A stretch of DNA of 64,000 nucleotides, taken from positions 124,001-188,000 of the IMG/VR virus record IMGVR_UViG_3300036770_007495, one strand, 5' to 3'. A program made the position numbers and the translations under genes. Of this stretch, positions 1 to 9,385 are shown piece by piece. The number at the start of each line of letters is the position of its first letter. Positions within the stretch are counted from its first letter, which is position 1. A model generated the notes under the pieces. It was given only the letters and a program-made list of their open reading frames with translations. It was not told where the DNA came from and made no database searches.

Positions 1-216
1 CATCATTGTGCCTTGAGAATGAGCACGATGTTGTTTGCCATTGCATACAAATGTTACAATGGCACCATCATCTTTGATGTCTGTTGCATGCAACACATTG
101 TGTCCATCATTGCCTGTATCAGCTTTGGCATCAAAAGCGCCAATGTTGTGAACTTCAATGCGCACTGTTGGTGGTATTGCGTGTTTTTCAAAAAAGAACT
201 GCTTGAATGTTTGCAC
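1..216 (-). CDS. Retropepsin-like/RimK-associated 'ATP-dependent zinc protease' family protein (partial, runs off the window edge)
   Basis: Not in the ORF track. Hand translation from GTG 216: MQTFKQFFFEKHAIPPTVRIEVHNIGAFDAKADTGNDGHNVLHATDIK; AK(A)DTG...LHA matches the family motif AKxDTG...LHA. TAAATA lies 5 nt upstream. Confidence 0.7.
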   Translation of the reverse strand, partial: MQTFKQFFFEKHAIPPTVRIEVHNIGAFDAKADTGNDGHNVLHATDIKDDGAIVTFVCNGKQHRAHSQGTMM

Positions 217-224
217 GCAGTTAT

Positions 225-1280
225 TTATTTTGCAAATTTGATTTTGTATCCACTAGAATCGTAGCATGCAGAGAAAGTTACATCACATGCTCGCAACTCT
301 TTGAACAATCTGATGCAGCTCCATGCATCATACTCTATGCATGCATTGTTGATGATGAATGCTGTACCAAATGGTGCTGTCTTTTTGCCTGGATGCTTAA
401 ACAATACAAACCAGTCATCTTTTTTGCTGCAAATGTATTCAAGAAGTTGAGCTGCTCCTAAAAAATGCATTGCATCTTCTTTGCATTTGATCAAATTCTC
501 GCAGCAAGCAGCACGAGCCATGCAACCAATGCTGTAAGGCAGCATTGAAAAATCATATGGCACTTCATAAATCTTTGATATTTCAGCAAACTGAAATTCA
601 AACTGCATGGCACTAACTACAGGGCGATCTTTTGCAAACTGATTGATGAATTTTTCAATGTTTGCACGATTGCCAATCCATTTGCTTGATTCTCCAATGC
701 GACCGCCATCGCCTTTCAACTCAATGAGGTTGTTGTTGATCATGATGTCGCCTTTGTCAGCTTTGTATCCACCAGCAAGCAACAACAAAGGCAACTCTGC
801 AGGACCAGAATAGCCACGAGTCTTGCCTTCATCAGAAATGGGACGCATTTTTGTCCACACTTCAGCAGTCAATGCACTTGCTTTAAAATCTGCTTTGTAA
901 TATTCACCCAAGAAATCAACAATGTTGGTTCTTTTGAATGCATTTTCTTGCAGATGCTTCAAGAATAATGGAGCAATTGCATCAGTTGATATCGTTTCCA
1001 ACATCTGCAACACACATTCATTGGATACATCACACAAGTAACCAAACAATTTGTTGAGTTCAGTCAATCTATCAATGACTCTGTTGGCAGCAATGAGCTT
1101 GTTGCTTCTTTTGATTAGATTGTCATTGATAACTTTGAAGCATTTGCCAATTTGTGCATGCTGCTTTTGCAGATCAATGTAATGAACAATTATTTCATCC
1201 CACAAACACCCATCAATAACGTATTCCTTTGCATCATCTGTTGCATCATTTGTTGCTACAACGTTGATCATGCAAATCAA
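225..1280 (-). CDS. Hypothetical protein with probable PD-(D/E)XK nuclease-like C-terminal domain
   Basis: 351-aa ORF; segment GPAE...KGDIMINNNLIELKGDGGR resembles an E...GD...ExK restriction-fold active site. Confidence 0.45.
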   Translation of the reverse strand: MICMINVVATNDATDDAKEYVIDGCLWDEIIVHYIDLQKQHAQIGKCFKVINDNLIKRSNKLIAANRVIDRLTELNKLFGYLCDVSNECVLQMLETISTDAIAPLFLKHLQENAFKRTNIVDFLGEYYKADFKASALTAEVWTKMRPISDEGKTRGYSGPAELPLLLLAGGYKADKGDIMINNNLIELKGDGGRIGESSKWIGNRANIEKFINQFAKDRPVVSAMQFEFQFAEISKIYEVPYDFSMLPYSIGCMARAACCENLIKCKEDAMHFLGAAQLLEYICSKKDDWFVLFKHPGKKTAPFGTAFIINNACIEYDAWSCIRLFKELRACDVTFSACYDSSGYKIKFAK

Positions 1281-1687
1281 GGTGCAGTTGACAAATCCTT
1301 GAGTACCGCACTTACTATCTGCTCAACTTGTGCAGGATCTGAGGTGGACAACTGAGAAATTGCAATGTTGATTTGTTTCTCAACATCAGCTGGAATGCTT
1401 GACCTTACTGCTTGAAGTCTGTCACTATCATTGCCTTCAATTGCACCTGCTGTTTGAGCAACAAGTCTAAGCAATTGAATAATGATGGTTCTGAATGTAT
1501 CATAACCGCTCTGAATTTGCTCAGTTGTTTTGTCTGGCTGTTGTGCCATTGCTGCATCAGGTTGAGCAGGAGCTGCTTGTTGATCTTGTGCTGGCGCTTG
1601 CTGCATAGCTACATCAGCAGCTTCATCTTGCTCCATCAAGTAAGTTGCACGAGCTTCTCTAATTACACTGTCAAATATACTTTGCAT
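1277..1687 (-). CDS. Late hypothetical protein, candidate internal head protein
   Basis: TAAATA 6 nt upstream; N-terminus MQSIFDSVIRE..YLME; Q/A/P-rich linker. Confidence 0.6.
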   Translation of the reverse strand: MQSIFDSVIREARATYLMEQDEAADVAMQQAPAQDQQAAPAQPDAAMAQQPDKTTEQIQSGYDTFRTIIIQLLRLVAQTAGAIEGNDSDRLQAVRSSIPADVEKQINIAISQLSTSDPAQVEQIVSAVLKDLSTAP

Positions 1688-1688
1688 T

Positions 1689-2207
1689 TCAGGTATTTAG
1701 GAGCATGCATTTGGTTTTCAAACAGTTGAAGTAGTTGTTGTTGAGAAAAACCAACTTGTATTTGTCAATGAATCTTGTAGCCTTGTCATAGCTATATTTT
1801 ATCTTGTCACCATTGCTGATTTGCATCAAAAATGATGTGCCTTGATTGTTGCTTATGAGTTTGTTGTAATATTCAATAGGTTTGCTGCTGCAATACCATG
1901 TCAAAGGAAGTTTTTTGGTTGCTTCCATGATGAGTTTGTGAATAAACTCCTTGATTTTACCATTTTCATCATCTGGCACCTGGATGCACTCAGAGCTGTA
2001 ATAGAATACTACTTTGCCTTGTGTTATCCCCATTGCAACATCACAACAATGCTTTATTATGCAATGTGTGAGAACCCTCTTAGCATTAGAATCAAACCGT
2101 TTTATATGATACTGTTGCACCAAATCATTGTATTCAATGAGAATGCATTGCAATAGCTCGCAAAAGTTGCAGATGGTTACATTGTAAAGAGGAAAAGAGT
2201 GCAACAT
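1689..2207 (-). CDS. Hypothetical protein
   Basis: 172-aa ORF tightly packed between its neighbours (1-nt gaps). Confidence 0.65.
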   Translation of the reverse strand: MLHSFPLYNVTICNFCELLQCILIEYNDLVQQYHIKRFDSNAKRVLTHCIIKHCCDVAMGITQGKVVFYYSSECIQVPDDENGKIKEFIHKLIMEATKKLPLTWYCSSKPIEYYNKLISNNQGTSFLMQISNGDKIKYSYDKATRFIDKYKLVFLNNNYFNCLKTKCMLLNT

Positions 2208-2208
2208 G

Positions 2209-2622
2209 TTAGCGGTGTTCTTTTAATTTACACAGCCTGCAGTTGATAATCCCGTTGTAATATTCCTTTTTTGTCAGAACCTCTCTTTTGATTTGTTCCT
2301 GAATTTCATAATAACCAAGTTCCCACTTGCTGTTGCAAAACTTTATGATTTCAAATTTAAAATTCTCTTTGCCAGAGTTTTTGATATCATCATTTAATTC
2401 ATTACAACTTCCAGTGTATGATTTCCAATCTGATTCTTTGATTACTGTTTCACGCTTTTTCTTTCCTTTGCGCAACGGCTTCTTTCTTTTAGATAAGCAC
2501 TGTTTTTTACCAATGTACTTTTTATCATTGAGTTTATTGGTTATACAATATACAAAACCATAGAATTCATCAGGTATTGTTATATTACATTCCCAGTGTC
2601 CTAAATTTTCACATTCATTCAT
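2209..2622 (-). CDS. denA: GIY-YIG endonuclease II (DenA-like)
   Basis: YGFVYCITN...KYIGKK, ESDWKSYTGS, FKFEII, YYE..Q...VL...YYNG pattern of T4-like EndoII; ATG 2622 preferred over TTG 2631. Confidence 0.8.
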   Translation of the reverse strand: MNECENLGHWECNITIPDEFYGFVYCITNKLNDKKYIGKKQCLSKRKKPLRKGKKKRETVIKESDWKSYTGSCNELNDDIKNSGKENFKFEIIKFCNSKWELGYYEIQEQIKREVLTKKEYYNGIINCRLCKLKEHR

Positions 2623-2662
2623 CTTATGCAATTAGTTATTCAATTGCAGAATCTAATGCAAC

Positions 2663-2905
2663 TCACTTTTTCTTACCTTTTTTAACTTTGCCAGTTAAAA
2701 ATACTGTTTCTGGAAAAGTTCTGCGGCCAATTTTCTTCTTTGCACCTAGAATTTTTGGCACTCTCATATCATTGGGCTGCGGAAAATCAGCATTTGGTTC
2801 ACCCATGTTGTTGTAATATTGAGCATTTGAACCAAAGGCAGCAGATGTATTGTCTTCTGCAATGAAATGTTTATAAAAAGTTGCAAAGTTAGTAGCCTTC
2901 TGCAT
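2663..2905 (-). CDS. Small basic late protein, candidate internal head protein
   Basis: Likely start ATG 2905 (MQKATNFATFYKHFIAE); Lys-rich C-terminus; TAAATA at 2917-2922. The longer 5' extension overlaps the uvsY-like gene and is rejected. Confidence 0.65.
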   Translation of the reverse strand: MQKATNFATFYKHFIAEDNTSAAFGSNAQYYNNMGEPNADFPQPNDMRVPKILGAKKKIGRRTFPETVFLTGKVKKGKKK

Positions 2906-2927
2906 AATATATCTTATATTTACGCCA

Positions 2928-3326
2928 ATGAACGAACTGCTCACCAAATACATTGAGCAAATCAAGGCGGATTTGGAAATTAACCAAATCAACATTGCAT
3001 CTGTTGCACGCAACTTGCCTGCACGCAGACACTTTTGGACTGCGCGTCTCATTGAGCACAAGATCAAAATTTCTGCACTTGAGAAACAAAAGCAAAAGAT
3101 TCTCAAAGATGTGTCACAAAAGCTTTCTGATGATTCTCCAGTAAAGATTGATGCAAAAAACATCAGCAGAGCTGCAGAGCAAAGCGATCAAATACAAAAA
3201 ATCAATGAAGAAATAACTGACAACAAAAACATTGTCGAATTTCTTGAGCAGGTGCAGAGAAACTTTTTTTCTGCAACCTATGACGTAAAAAACGTCATTG
3301 ACATCATGAAGCTTGAGCAGTCATGA
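2928..3326 (+). CDS. uvsY: UvsY-like recombination mediator
   Basis: 132-aa helical coiled-coil protein directly upstream of uvsW; size and pattern (I.ADL.I ... VKNVID..K) fit UvsY. Confidence 0.65.
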   Translation: MNELLTKYIEQIKADLEINQINIASVARNLPARRHFWTARLIEHKIKISALEKQKQKILKDVSQKLSDDSPVKIDAKNISRAAEQSDQIQKINEEITDNKNIVEFLEQVQRNFFSATYDVKNVIDIMKLEQS

Positions 3327-3341
3327 TGCAGCATGCATTAG

Positions 3342-4796
3342 ATGTTTGTAAAATTTGACATTGTAGATGATAAACCTTGCATCATTGCAGAGGATCATGT
3401 GTTGGAAGCAATCAGACATGAATTCAGCATTGAAAATGCAGCCAAGTCATTTACAACTGGGTACAAGAAAAAATTTATTCCCAGCAGGTTGTATGCAATT
3501 GCTGCAACAGGCAAGTTTGAAATTGGACTTACGCATGACATTCTGCGCACCATTGCTGCAAAACAATTGGCAAGCAATGTGGAGTTGACGGACAAGTTCA
3601 AAAGAAAGCTGCAACCCACCATTGATACATCAGTCTATGATGATTTGGCTCATGAATTGAGATACTATCAAAAAGAAGGTGTTGAAAAGGCTCTGCACAA
3701 TGGCAGAGGCATTTGTCAGCTTGCAACTGGCGCAGGCAAGACGCTCATCATTGCAAGCTTGGCTGCAAGTGCATATGCAAAATTTGAGAATTTTAGATGT
3801 CTCATTCTGGTACCAGATCCTGGACTTGCTCTGCAGACATTCAATGACTTCAAAAACTATCAAGTGCCATTCAAGACATGTTTGTGGACTGGTACAAATG
3901 AACTAGACTTGTCTGCAAATGTCATCATTGCCAATCAGCGCATTGTGCTCACAAGAGCAGAAGAAAATGAATGGATTGAATATGTTGATGTGTTGATTGT
4001 TGATGAAGTTCACACCATCAAAAAAGACAACAAGATCAACAAAATCATCAGCAAAATAAAAACCAATCATCGATTTGGTTTCACAGGCACTTTGCCTACT
4101 CATGCTGTTGATCGATGGAATGTGTTGGGTGCATTTGGCGACGTTGTCATCATCAAGTCAAGTGCAGAATTGCGCAGTGAAGGATTCTTGACCAATGTTG
4201 AAGCTAAAATTTTGAGCATTGCATACAAAAGCAAAGTTCAAAAGCCCATTGCCACACACAACGACAAAGGCAAAAAAATCTCAACAGCCAAGTACAAAGC
4301 AGAATTGGATTTCATTTATCACAATGAATATCGCAACAATATTCTGCAGCAACTGTGTTGCAACTTTAACAACAACATCTTGGTGCTCATCAATCATTTG
4401 GATCATGGGGAGACGCTGGTAAAGACATTGCAAGCTTGCACCACCAAGCAAGTGTTTTATGTGCACGGTGATGTTGAATTGCAAGACAGAGAAACCATCA
4501 AGCAAATGATGGAAAAACACAATGACGTCATTGTCATTGCCATGAGCAAAATTTTCTCAACAGGCATCAGCATCAACAACATTCACATGATTGTATTTGC
4601 TGCAGGTGGCAAGAGTTTTGTACGTGTGGTGCAGAGCATTGGACGTGGATTGCGATTGCATGAGAGCAAAGATCGTCTCATCATCATTGATGTGTTGGAT
4701 CAATTGCCATATGCTAGTGAACATGCTCAGCAAAGACAAACCATTTACAATTCTGAAAAAATCAAATATTCCATTGTTCCTTTTGTAGAAAAATAA
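3342..4796 (+). CDS. uvsW: UvsW SF2 DNA helicase
   Basis: LRYYQ Q-motif, ATGAGKT Walker A, DEVH, TGT, QSIGRGLR. Confidence 0.93.
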   Translation: MFVKFDIVDDKPCIIAEDHVLEAIRHEFSIENAAKSFTTGYKKKFIPSRLYAIAATGKFEIGLTHDILRTIAAKQLASNVELTDKFKRKLQPTIDTSVYDDLAHELRYYQKEGVEKALHNGRGICQLATGAGKTLIIASLAASAYAKFENFRCLILVPDPGLALQTFNDFKNYQVPFKTCLWTGTNELDLSANVIIANQRIVLTRAEENEWIEYVDVLIVDEVHTIKKDNKINKIISKIKTNHRFGFTGTLPTHAVDRWNVLGAFGDVVIIKSSAELRSEGFLTNVEAKILSIAYKSKVQKPIATHNDKGKKISTAKYKAELDFIYHNEYRNNILQQLCCNFNNNILVLINHLDHGETLVKTLQACTTKQVFYVHGDVELQDRETIKQMMEKHNDVIVIAMSKIFSTGISINNIHMIVFAAGGKSFVRVVQSIGRGLRLHESKDRLIIIDVLDQLPYASEHAQQRQTIYNSEKIKYSIVPFVEK

Positions 4797-4813
4797 CAAC
4801 CCCACACTATACT
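4786..4813 (+). promoter_or_regulatory. Sigma70-like promoter of gp55
   Basis: TAGAAA-N16-TATACT, 10 nt before ATG 4824. Confidence 0.55.
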
Positions 4814-4823
4814 AACAAACATT

Positions 4824-5306
4824 ATGTCTGTCAACGGAAAAAAACCAACAACAAAATTTAGCAAAGAGCAATTTTATGTAGATCCAGATGTGCTCAAACA
4901 ACAAATTACTGAGTTTTACCAAACAGAAGTTTGTACTACAGCACTTGGTGAAAGCATCAACAAAATTGCTCAGGGGCTAAGTTTCTCACCCAGCTTCATC
5001 AATTACACTTATCGTGATGAAATGATTGGTGATGCCATTGTAAAAATGTATAGTGCACTCAAGCACAAAAAGTACAATGTAAACACAGAAACAAATCCCT
5101 TCTCATACTTTACCACCATTGCATTCCATGCTTTCATCAATCGCATCAAGAAAGAAAAAAAGCATCATGAAGCTGTTGAGCAGTATCGTGCAAATGAATA
5201 CGAGAAGCTTCTGACTGCTGGAGAAATACATGACGAAAAATATCACATCTACACCAAACCCAACTGCGATGATTCAGACGACCAGCAAGATAGCGATCTT
5301 CAGTGA
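4824..5306 (+). CDS. 55: Late-transcription sigma factor gp55
   Basis: FINYTYRDEMIGDA and NPFSYFTTIAFHAFINRIKKEKK motifs; directly upstream of gp47/gp46. Confidence 0.93.
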   Translation: MSVNGKKPTTKFSKEQFYVDPDVLKQQITEFYQTEVCTTALGESINKIAQGLSFSPSFINYTYRDEMIGDAIVKMYSALKHKKYNVNTETNPFSYFTTIAFHAFINRIKKEKKHHEAVEQYRANEYEKLLTAGEIHDEKYHIYTKPNCDDSDDQQDSDLQ

Positions 5307-6315
5307 TTTGCATGTGGGTGTGCATTGCAACAGTGCAATGTGGCACGACATTGCCATCAAATGGGCAGAGTGGTTTGCACAAGATTTACGCAGCAAAAAC
5401 ATCACTGAGATAATTTTTTGTGGTGACTTTTTTCATGAGCGTGATGCTGTTGCAGTAAACACCATTCATGTTGCATGCAAGATTCTCAACATCTTGTCAG
5501 AGTTTAAGCTGCATGTGTTTCCTGGCAATCACGACTGCTTTTACAAAGAAAAGAGTGATGTGCATTCGCTTGCCATCATGCAAGGTCGCAGCAATGTGCA
5601 TGTGTATAGTGAGCCATGTGCAATAAAGATTGGCAACAATTGTGATGCATTTGTGTGTCCTTGGGGCACTTCATTGGAGCAAATTTCCAATTGTGATGTA
5701 GTGTTTGGCCATTTTGAAATTCAAACTTTCAAGATGAACACATTCAAAATGTGTGATCATGGTTTTAGCATCAGACCATTGCTTGAAAAAACACCGCTTG
5801 TCTTCTCTGGTCACTTTCATTTTAGAGATGAGAGATTGTTTGAGATTGGTAAAATTGTGTATGTTGGTAATCCATTTCAAATGGATTTGAATGATACCAA
5901 CAATGACAAAGGCTATTACATTTTTGATGGTGATTCCAAGCAGTATGAGTTTGTGCAGAATGAACACTCACCACTCATTTACAAATTCAAACTGTCCACC
6001 ATTGCAATGCAGCAAATGGACATTGAAGAATTGCATCACAAAGTTGCCAACAACATCATCACATTTATCATTGATGAGCATTTGCAAGATGATGATGTAA
6101 ATTTGATCAAAAATAAACTGCTTGCTTTCAAGCCATTGCAAATCAATTTTGAGAGTGAAATTACAACTGAAGCATCTGATGGTGAATCAAAAGACCACCA
6201 CTTTGATGGCATTGACACAGAGCAGGCCATCATTGAATTCATTGAACTAATGAACTACCCCAACAAAGCAGCATTGCAGAAATACGCTGTTGACATTTAT
6301 CGCAAATATTCATGA
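5269..6315 (+). CDS. 47: gp47 Mre11/SbcD-like recombination nuclease
   Basis: SDLH, GDFF, GNHD, GHF and SGHFH phosphoesterase motifs; start may be 5230 or 5269. Confidence 0.92.
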   Translation: MIQTTSKIAIFSDLHVGVHCNSAMWHDIAIKWAEWFAQDLRSKNITEIIFCGDFFHERDAVAVNTIHVACKILNILSEFKLHVFPGNHDCFYKEKSDVHSLAIMQGRSNVHVYSEPCAIKIGNNCDAFVCPWGTSLEQISNCDVVFGHFEIQTFKMNTFKMCDHGFSIRPLLEKTPLVFSGHFHFRDERLFEIGKIVYVGNPFQMDLNDTNNDKGYYIFDGDSKQYEFVQNEHSPLIYKFKLSTIAMQQMDIEELHHKVANNIITFIIDEHLQDDDVNLIKNKLLAFKPLQINFESEITTEASDGESKDHHFDGIDTEQAIIEFIELMNYPNKAALQKYAVDIYRKYS

Positions 6316-8105
6316 AGCACATCAACTTCAAAAAACTCTCCATTGTAAATTTCTTGTCAGTTGGCAAGGAGCCTGTCACAATTCATTTTGAGCAGGGCAT
6401 CAACATCATCACAGGCATCAACAAAGACATGGCTGACAGACGCAATGGTGTTGGCAAGTCCACCATTGCTGATGCATTATACTTTGCAATCTTTGGTACA
6501 ACCATTCGTGAACTCAAAAAAGACTTCATCAGCAACAGCATCACCAATGCTACTTGTGCTGTTGAATTGGAGTTTGATGTTGTTAGCTATGATGCAACCA
6601 AATGCTACAGAGTTGTGAGAACACTCAGCCCAAGCAAATGCTATTTGTTTGAAGATGATGTGGATGTAACTCGCGACTCAATTGCAAATACATCACAATA
6701 CATTTGTGACATTGTTGAAGCTTCTCCAAGCATTTTTCAAAATTGCGTCATCATGACACTCAATGGAACAATTCCATTCATGGCGCAAAGCAAAGTTGAC
6801 AAGCGCAAGTTCATTGAAAGCATTTTCAATTTGCAGGTGTTTAGCAAAATGCTCTCACATGTGAGAGATGATTACAATGACAACAAAAAATTGTATGATT
6901 TGGAGTTGTTTAAACTCAATGAAACGCAATCAAATCTCACCAAGTTTGAAAATCAGAAACAATCAATTCTTACTGACAGAGCATCCAAGCTTAGCAATCT
7001 GCAAGCATCCATTGATTCAAAGCAGAATGAAAAGCAACAATTGGAACAGCAACTGCAGGCAATTGTACCCATTGATGTTGATAAAATCAATGCAACCATT
7101 GAAGCACTCAACAAGGGATGTGACAAGTGTCAAGAAATCATTGATGAAATGATTCAAAAAACTGCTGTTGCAGAAATTCAAATCAAAAATTTAGCAGCCA
7201 AAAAAAATGCTATTGGCACAGATGAGGATGTGTGTCCCAAGTGTTTGAAACCACTTGAGTGCAATGATCATGAACATCTAGAAAAAGAAAAGCAATCTCT
7301 GCAAGAACAGATTGAAAGCTTGCAGCAACAGCTCAATGTTGACAAAAACAAATTGTCTGATGCAAAAAGCAAGAAGGAAGAAATCAAAAAGCTCATCACC
7401 AAAAACAATCAAAAGCTTACTCAGCATGAGCAAAATGAACGCAGCAAAAATGACATCAACAGAAAAATTGACGTCATTGATGAGCATTTGAAGACTGTTG
7501 ATGAATATGCAAATACACTCAAATGCACAACAACAGAAGTTGATGATGTAATTGTTGATAGCAAAGATAAGCTGCAAAAAATTGAAAAACAGGTTGCAGG
7601 TCAGCTTGAAAATGTAAACCTTCTCAACACAATGAAAGTCATTGTTTCAGAAGAAGGTGTAAAAGCATACATCATCAAGAAGATCTTGGCAATTCTCAAC
7701 AACAAGTTGCAACACTATTTGAATCGAATTGGCTTCAACTGCACATGCAAATTCAATGAATTGTTTGAAGAAGAGATTTACAATGACAAAGGCAAAGCAT
7801 GCAGCTATTTCAATTTCTCTGGTGCAGAGCGCAAGAGCATTGACTTGGCGTGCTTGTTTGCTTTCATTGACATTCGCAGAATGCAGGGCAATGTTGCATA
7901 CAATGTAGTATTTTATGATGAGCTTTTAGATACAAGTCTTGACGACAAAGGTGTTGAGCTCGTGCATGACATCATTGCTGATAGAGCCAAGAAGTTTAAT
8001 GAATGTGCGTACATCATCACACACCGCAAAGAAAGCGCATTCTTTGCAACAAGCAAAGTAATTCATCTGGAAAAGCATAATGGCATCACAAAGCGTGTTG
8101 AATGA
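6312..8105 (+). CDS. 46: gp46 Rad50/SbcC-like ATPase
   Basis: NFLSVG, NGVGKST Walker A, coiled coil with CPKC hook, FSGAE signature, YDELLD, ITH; ATGA overlap with gp47. Confidence 0.95.
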   Translation: MKHINFKKLSIVNFLSVGKEPVTIHFEQGINIITGINKDMADRRNGVGKSTIADALYFAIFGTTIRELKKDFISNSITNATCAVELEFDVVSYDATKCYRVVRTLSPSKCYLFEDDVDVTRDSIANTSQYICDIVEASPSIFQNCVIMTLNGTIPFMAQSKVDKRKFIESIFNLQVFSKMLSHVRDDYNDNKKLYDLELFKLNETQSNLTKFENQKQSILTDRASKLSNLQASIDSKQNEKQQLEQQLQAIVPIDVDKINATIEALNKGCDKCQEIIDEMIQKTAVAEIQIKNLAAKKNAIGTDEDVCPKCLKPLECNDHEHLEKEKQSLQEQIESLQQQLNVDKNKLSDAKSKKEEIKKLITKNNQKLTQHEQNERSKNDINRKIDVIDEHLKTVDEYANTLKCTTTEVDDVIVDSKDKLQKIEKQVAGQLENVNLLNTMKVIVSEEGVKAYIIKKILAILNNKLQHYLNRIGFNCTCKFNELFEEEIYNDKGKACSYFNFSGAERKSIDLACLFAFIDIRRMQGNVAYNVVFYDELLDTSLDDKGVELVHDIIADRAKKFNECAYIITHRKESAFFATSKVIHLEKHNGITKRVE

Positions 8106-8125
8106 TGCATAGACACGAATACATA
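8098..8125 (+). promoter_or_regulatory. Sigma70-like promoter
   Basis: TTGAAT-N16-TACATA, 7 nt before ATG 8133. Confidence 0.5.
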
Positions 8126-8132
8126 CAACATA

Positions 8133-9353
8133 ATGAATCATTCACCCTTTAGGCAACCTTTCAGAGCACCATTTGCGCCACCTGCCAGCATTGCGCCATT
8201 GGCTTCTGTGCCTGTTGCTGCACCAACAGTCAATACCCCTGAAGAAAATTTGCCTCGTGCATTGCAGTATGCTGCTGATACATCTGGGTGCGGTTTTTGG
8301 AGAATGATCTGGCCAGAGCATATTTTGAATGCCAATCAAAAAGCAATGATCACTACTACAACAGTGATGAATGCAAGTGAGAGCTTTTATGCACCTCTCA
8401 AAGCAATTCGCATTCAAAGACAAGCTACAGCACCTCAGCTTGAGTTTGTCAAATATTTGAAAGCTCTTCAGGGCAAATACGGTTTTCGCATCATTTACGA
8501 AATTGATGATGTTGTATTCCATGAAGATATTCCTGATTACAACAAATTTAAGTTTGCATTTGAATCACAGGAAATCAGAAACAACATCATGCAAATCATC
8601 AATTTGTGTGATGAGGTTACTGTGACCAACGAATTCATGCGCGATTATTTCCGCGAGAAAACAAACAAGCGCGAAATCTCTGTCATTCCAAACTTCCCAC
8701 CTGAATGGTGGATTGGTAGATACTATGATCCAAAGCGCAGCTACAATGCACTCTTGAAACACAAAAAGAAGCCACGCATTCTTTATGCTGGATCTGGTGC
8801 ACACTTTGATGTTGAAAACAAAGCTGGTCAGAAAGATGACTTTGAAGACATTGTAAAGCACATCATTGATACTCGGCACAAGTATACTTGGATTTTTATT
8901 GGTGCTGCTCCAATGCAGTTGATTCCATACATTCAGCGCAATGAGATTGAATTTCATCCATGGCAGCGCTTGTATGACTTTCCCAAGAAGATCTTTGAAT
9001 TGGAAGTGCAGATGCTCATTGCACCTTTGCAAGACAACAACTTCAACAGGTGCAAGAGTGACATCAAGTTCATTGAAGCATGCTGCATGGGATTGCCTGT
9101 TGCATGTCAGGACATGGTCACCTACAAAGATGCGCTCATCAAGTTTAAGACTGGTGAAGAAATGATGCACAAGATTGAAGAAACTCTCAAGCGTACCAAC
9201 AGGTATGTTGAAGATTCATATTCATTGCGCAAAATTGGTGAAAAGAGATTCTTGGAGCGTGATGAAAATCATGACTGCTACTTGGAATTGATTACAACAT
9301 CATATGGCAGCCCTGAGCGCAAAAATCTTTTGAGATACAATGATAGCATTTGA
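8133..9353 (+). CDS. GT-B fold glycosyltransferase
   Basis: SGCGFWRM..P, YEIDD, VIPN and IAPLQDNNFNRCKSDIKFIE..GLP donor-binding motif. Confidence 0.85.
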   Translation: MNHSPFRQPFRAPFAPPASIAPLASVPVAAPTVNTPEENLPRALQYAADTSGCGFWRMIWPEHILNANQKAMITTTTVMNASESFYAPLKAIRIQRQATAPQLEFVKYLKALQGKYGFRIIYEIDDVVFHEDIPDYNKFKFAFESQEIRNNIMQIINLCDEVTVTNEFMRDYFREKTNKREISVIPNFPPEWWIGRYYDPKRSYNALLKHKKKPRILYAGSGAHFDVENKAGQKDDFEDIVKHIIDTRHKYTWIFIGAAPMQLIPYIQRNEIEFHPWQRLYDFPKKIFELEVQMLIAPLQDNNFNRCKSDIKFIEACCMGLPVACQDMVTYKDALIKFKTGEEMMHKIEETLKRTNRYVEDSYSLRKIGEKRFLERDENHDCYLELITTSYGSPERKNLLRYNDSI

Positions 9354-9377
9354 TTTCCATTGATATGCACTTATAGT
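9350..9377 (+). promoter_or_regulatory. Sigma70-like promoter of gp43; -35 box contains the upstream TGA stop
   Basis: TTGATT-N16-TATAGT, 8 nt before ATG 9386. Confidence 0.6.
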
Positions 9378-9385
9378 GTATTCAT

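Noticed and set aside
2209-2622. Mobile GIY-YIG homing endonuclease or intron
   Set aside because: Short single-domain DenA-type protein with no DNA-binding repeats; neighbouring core genes are uninterrupted
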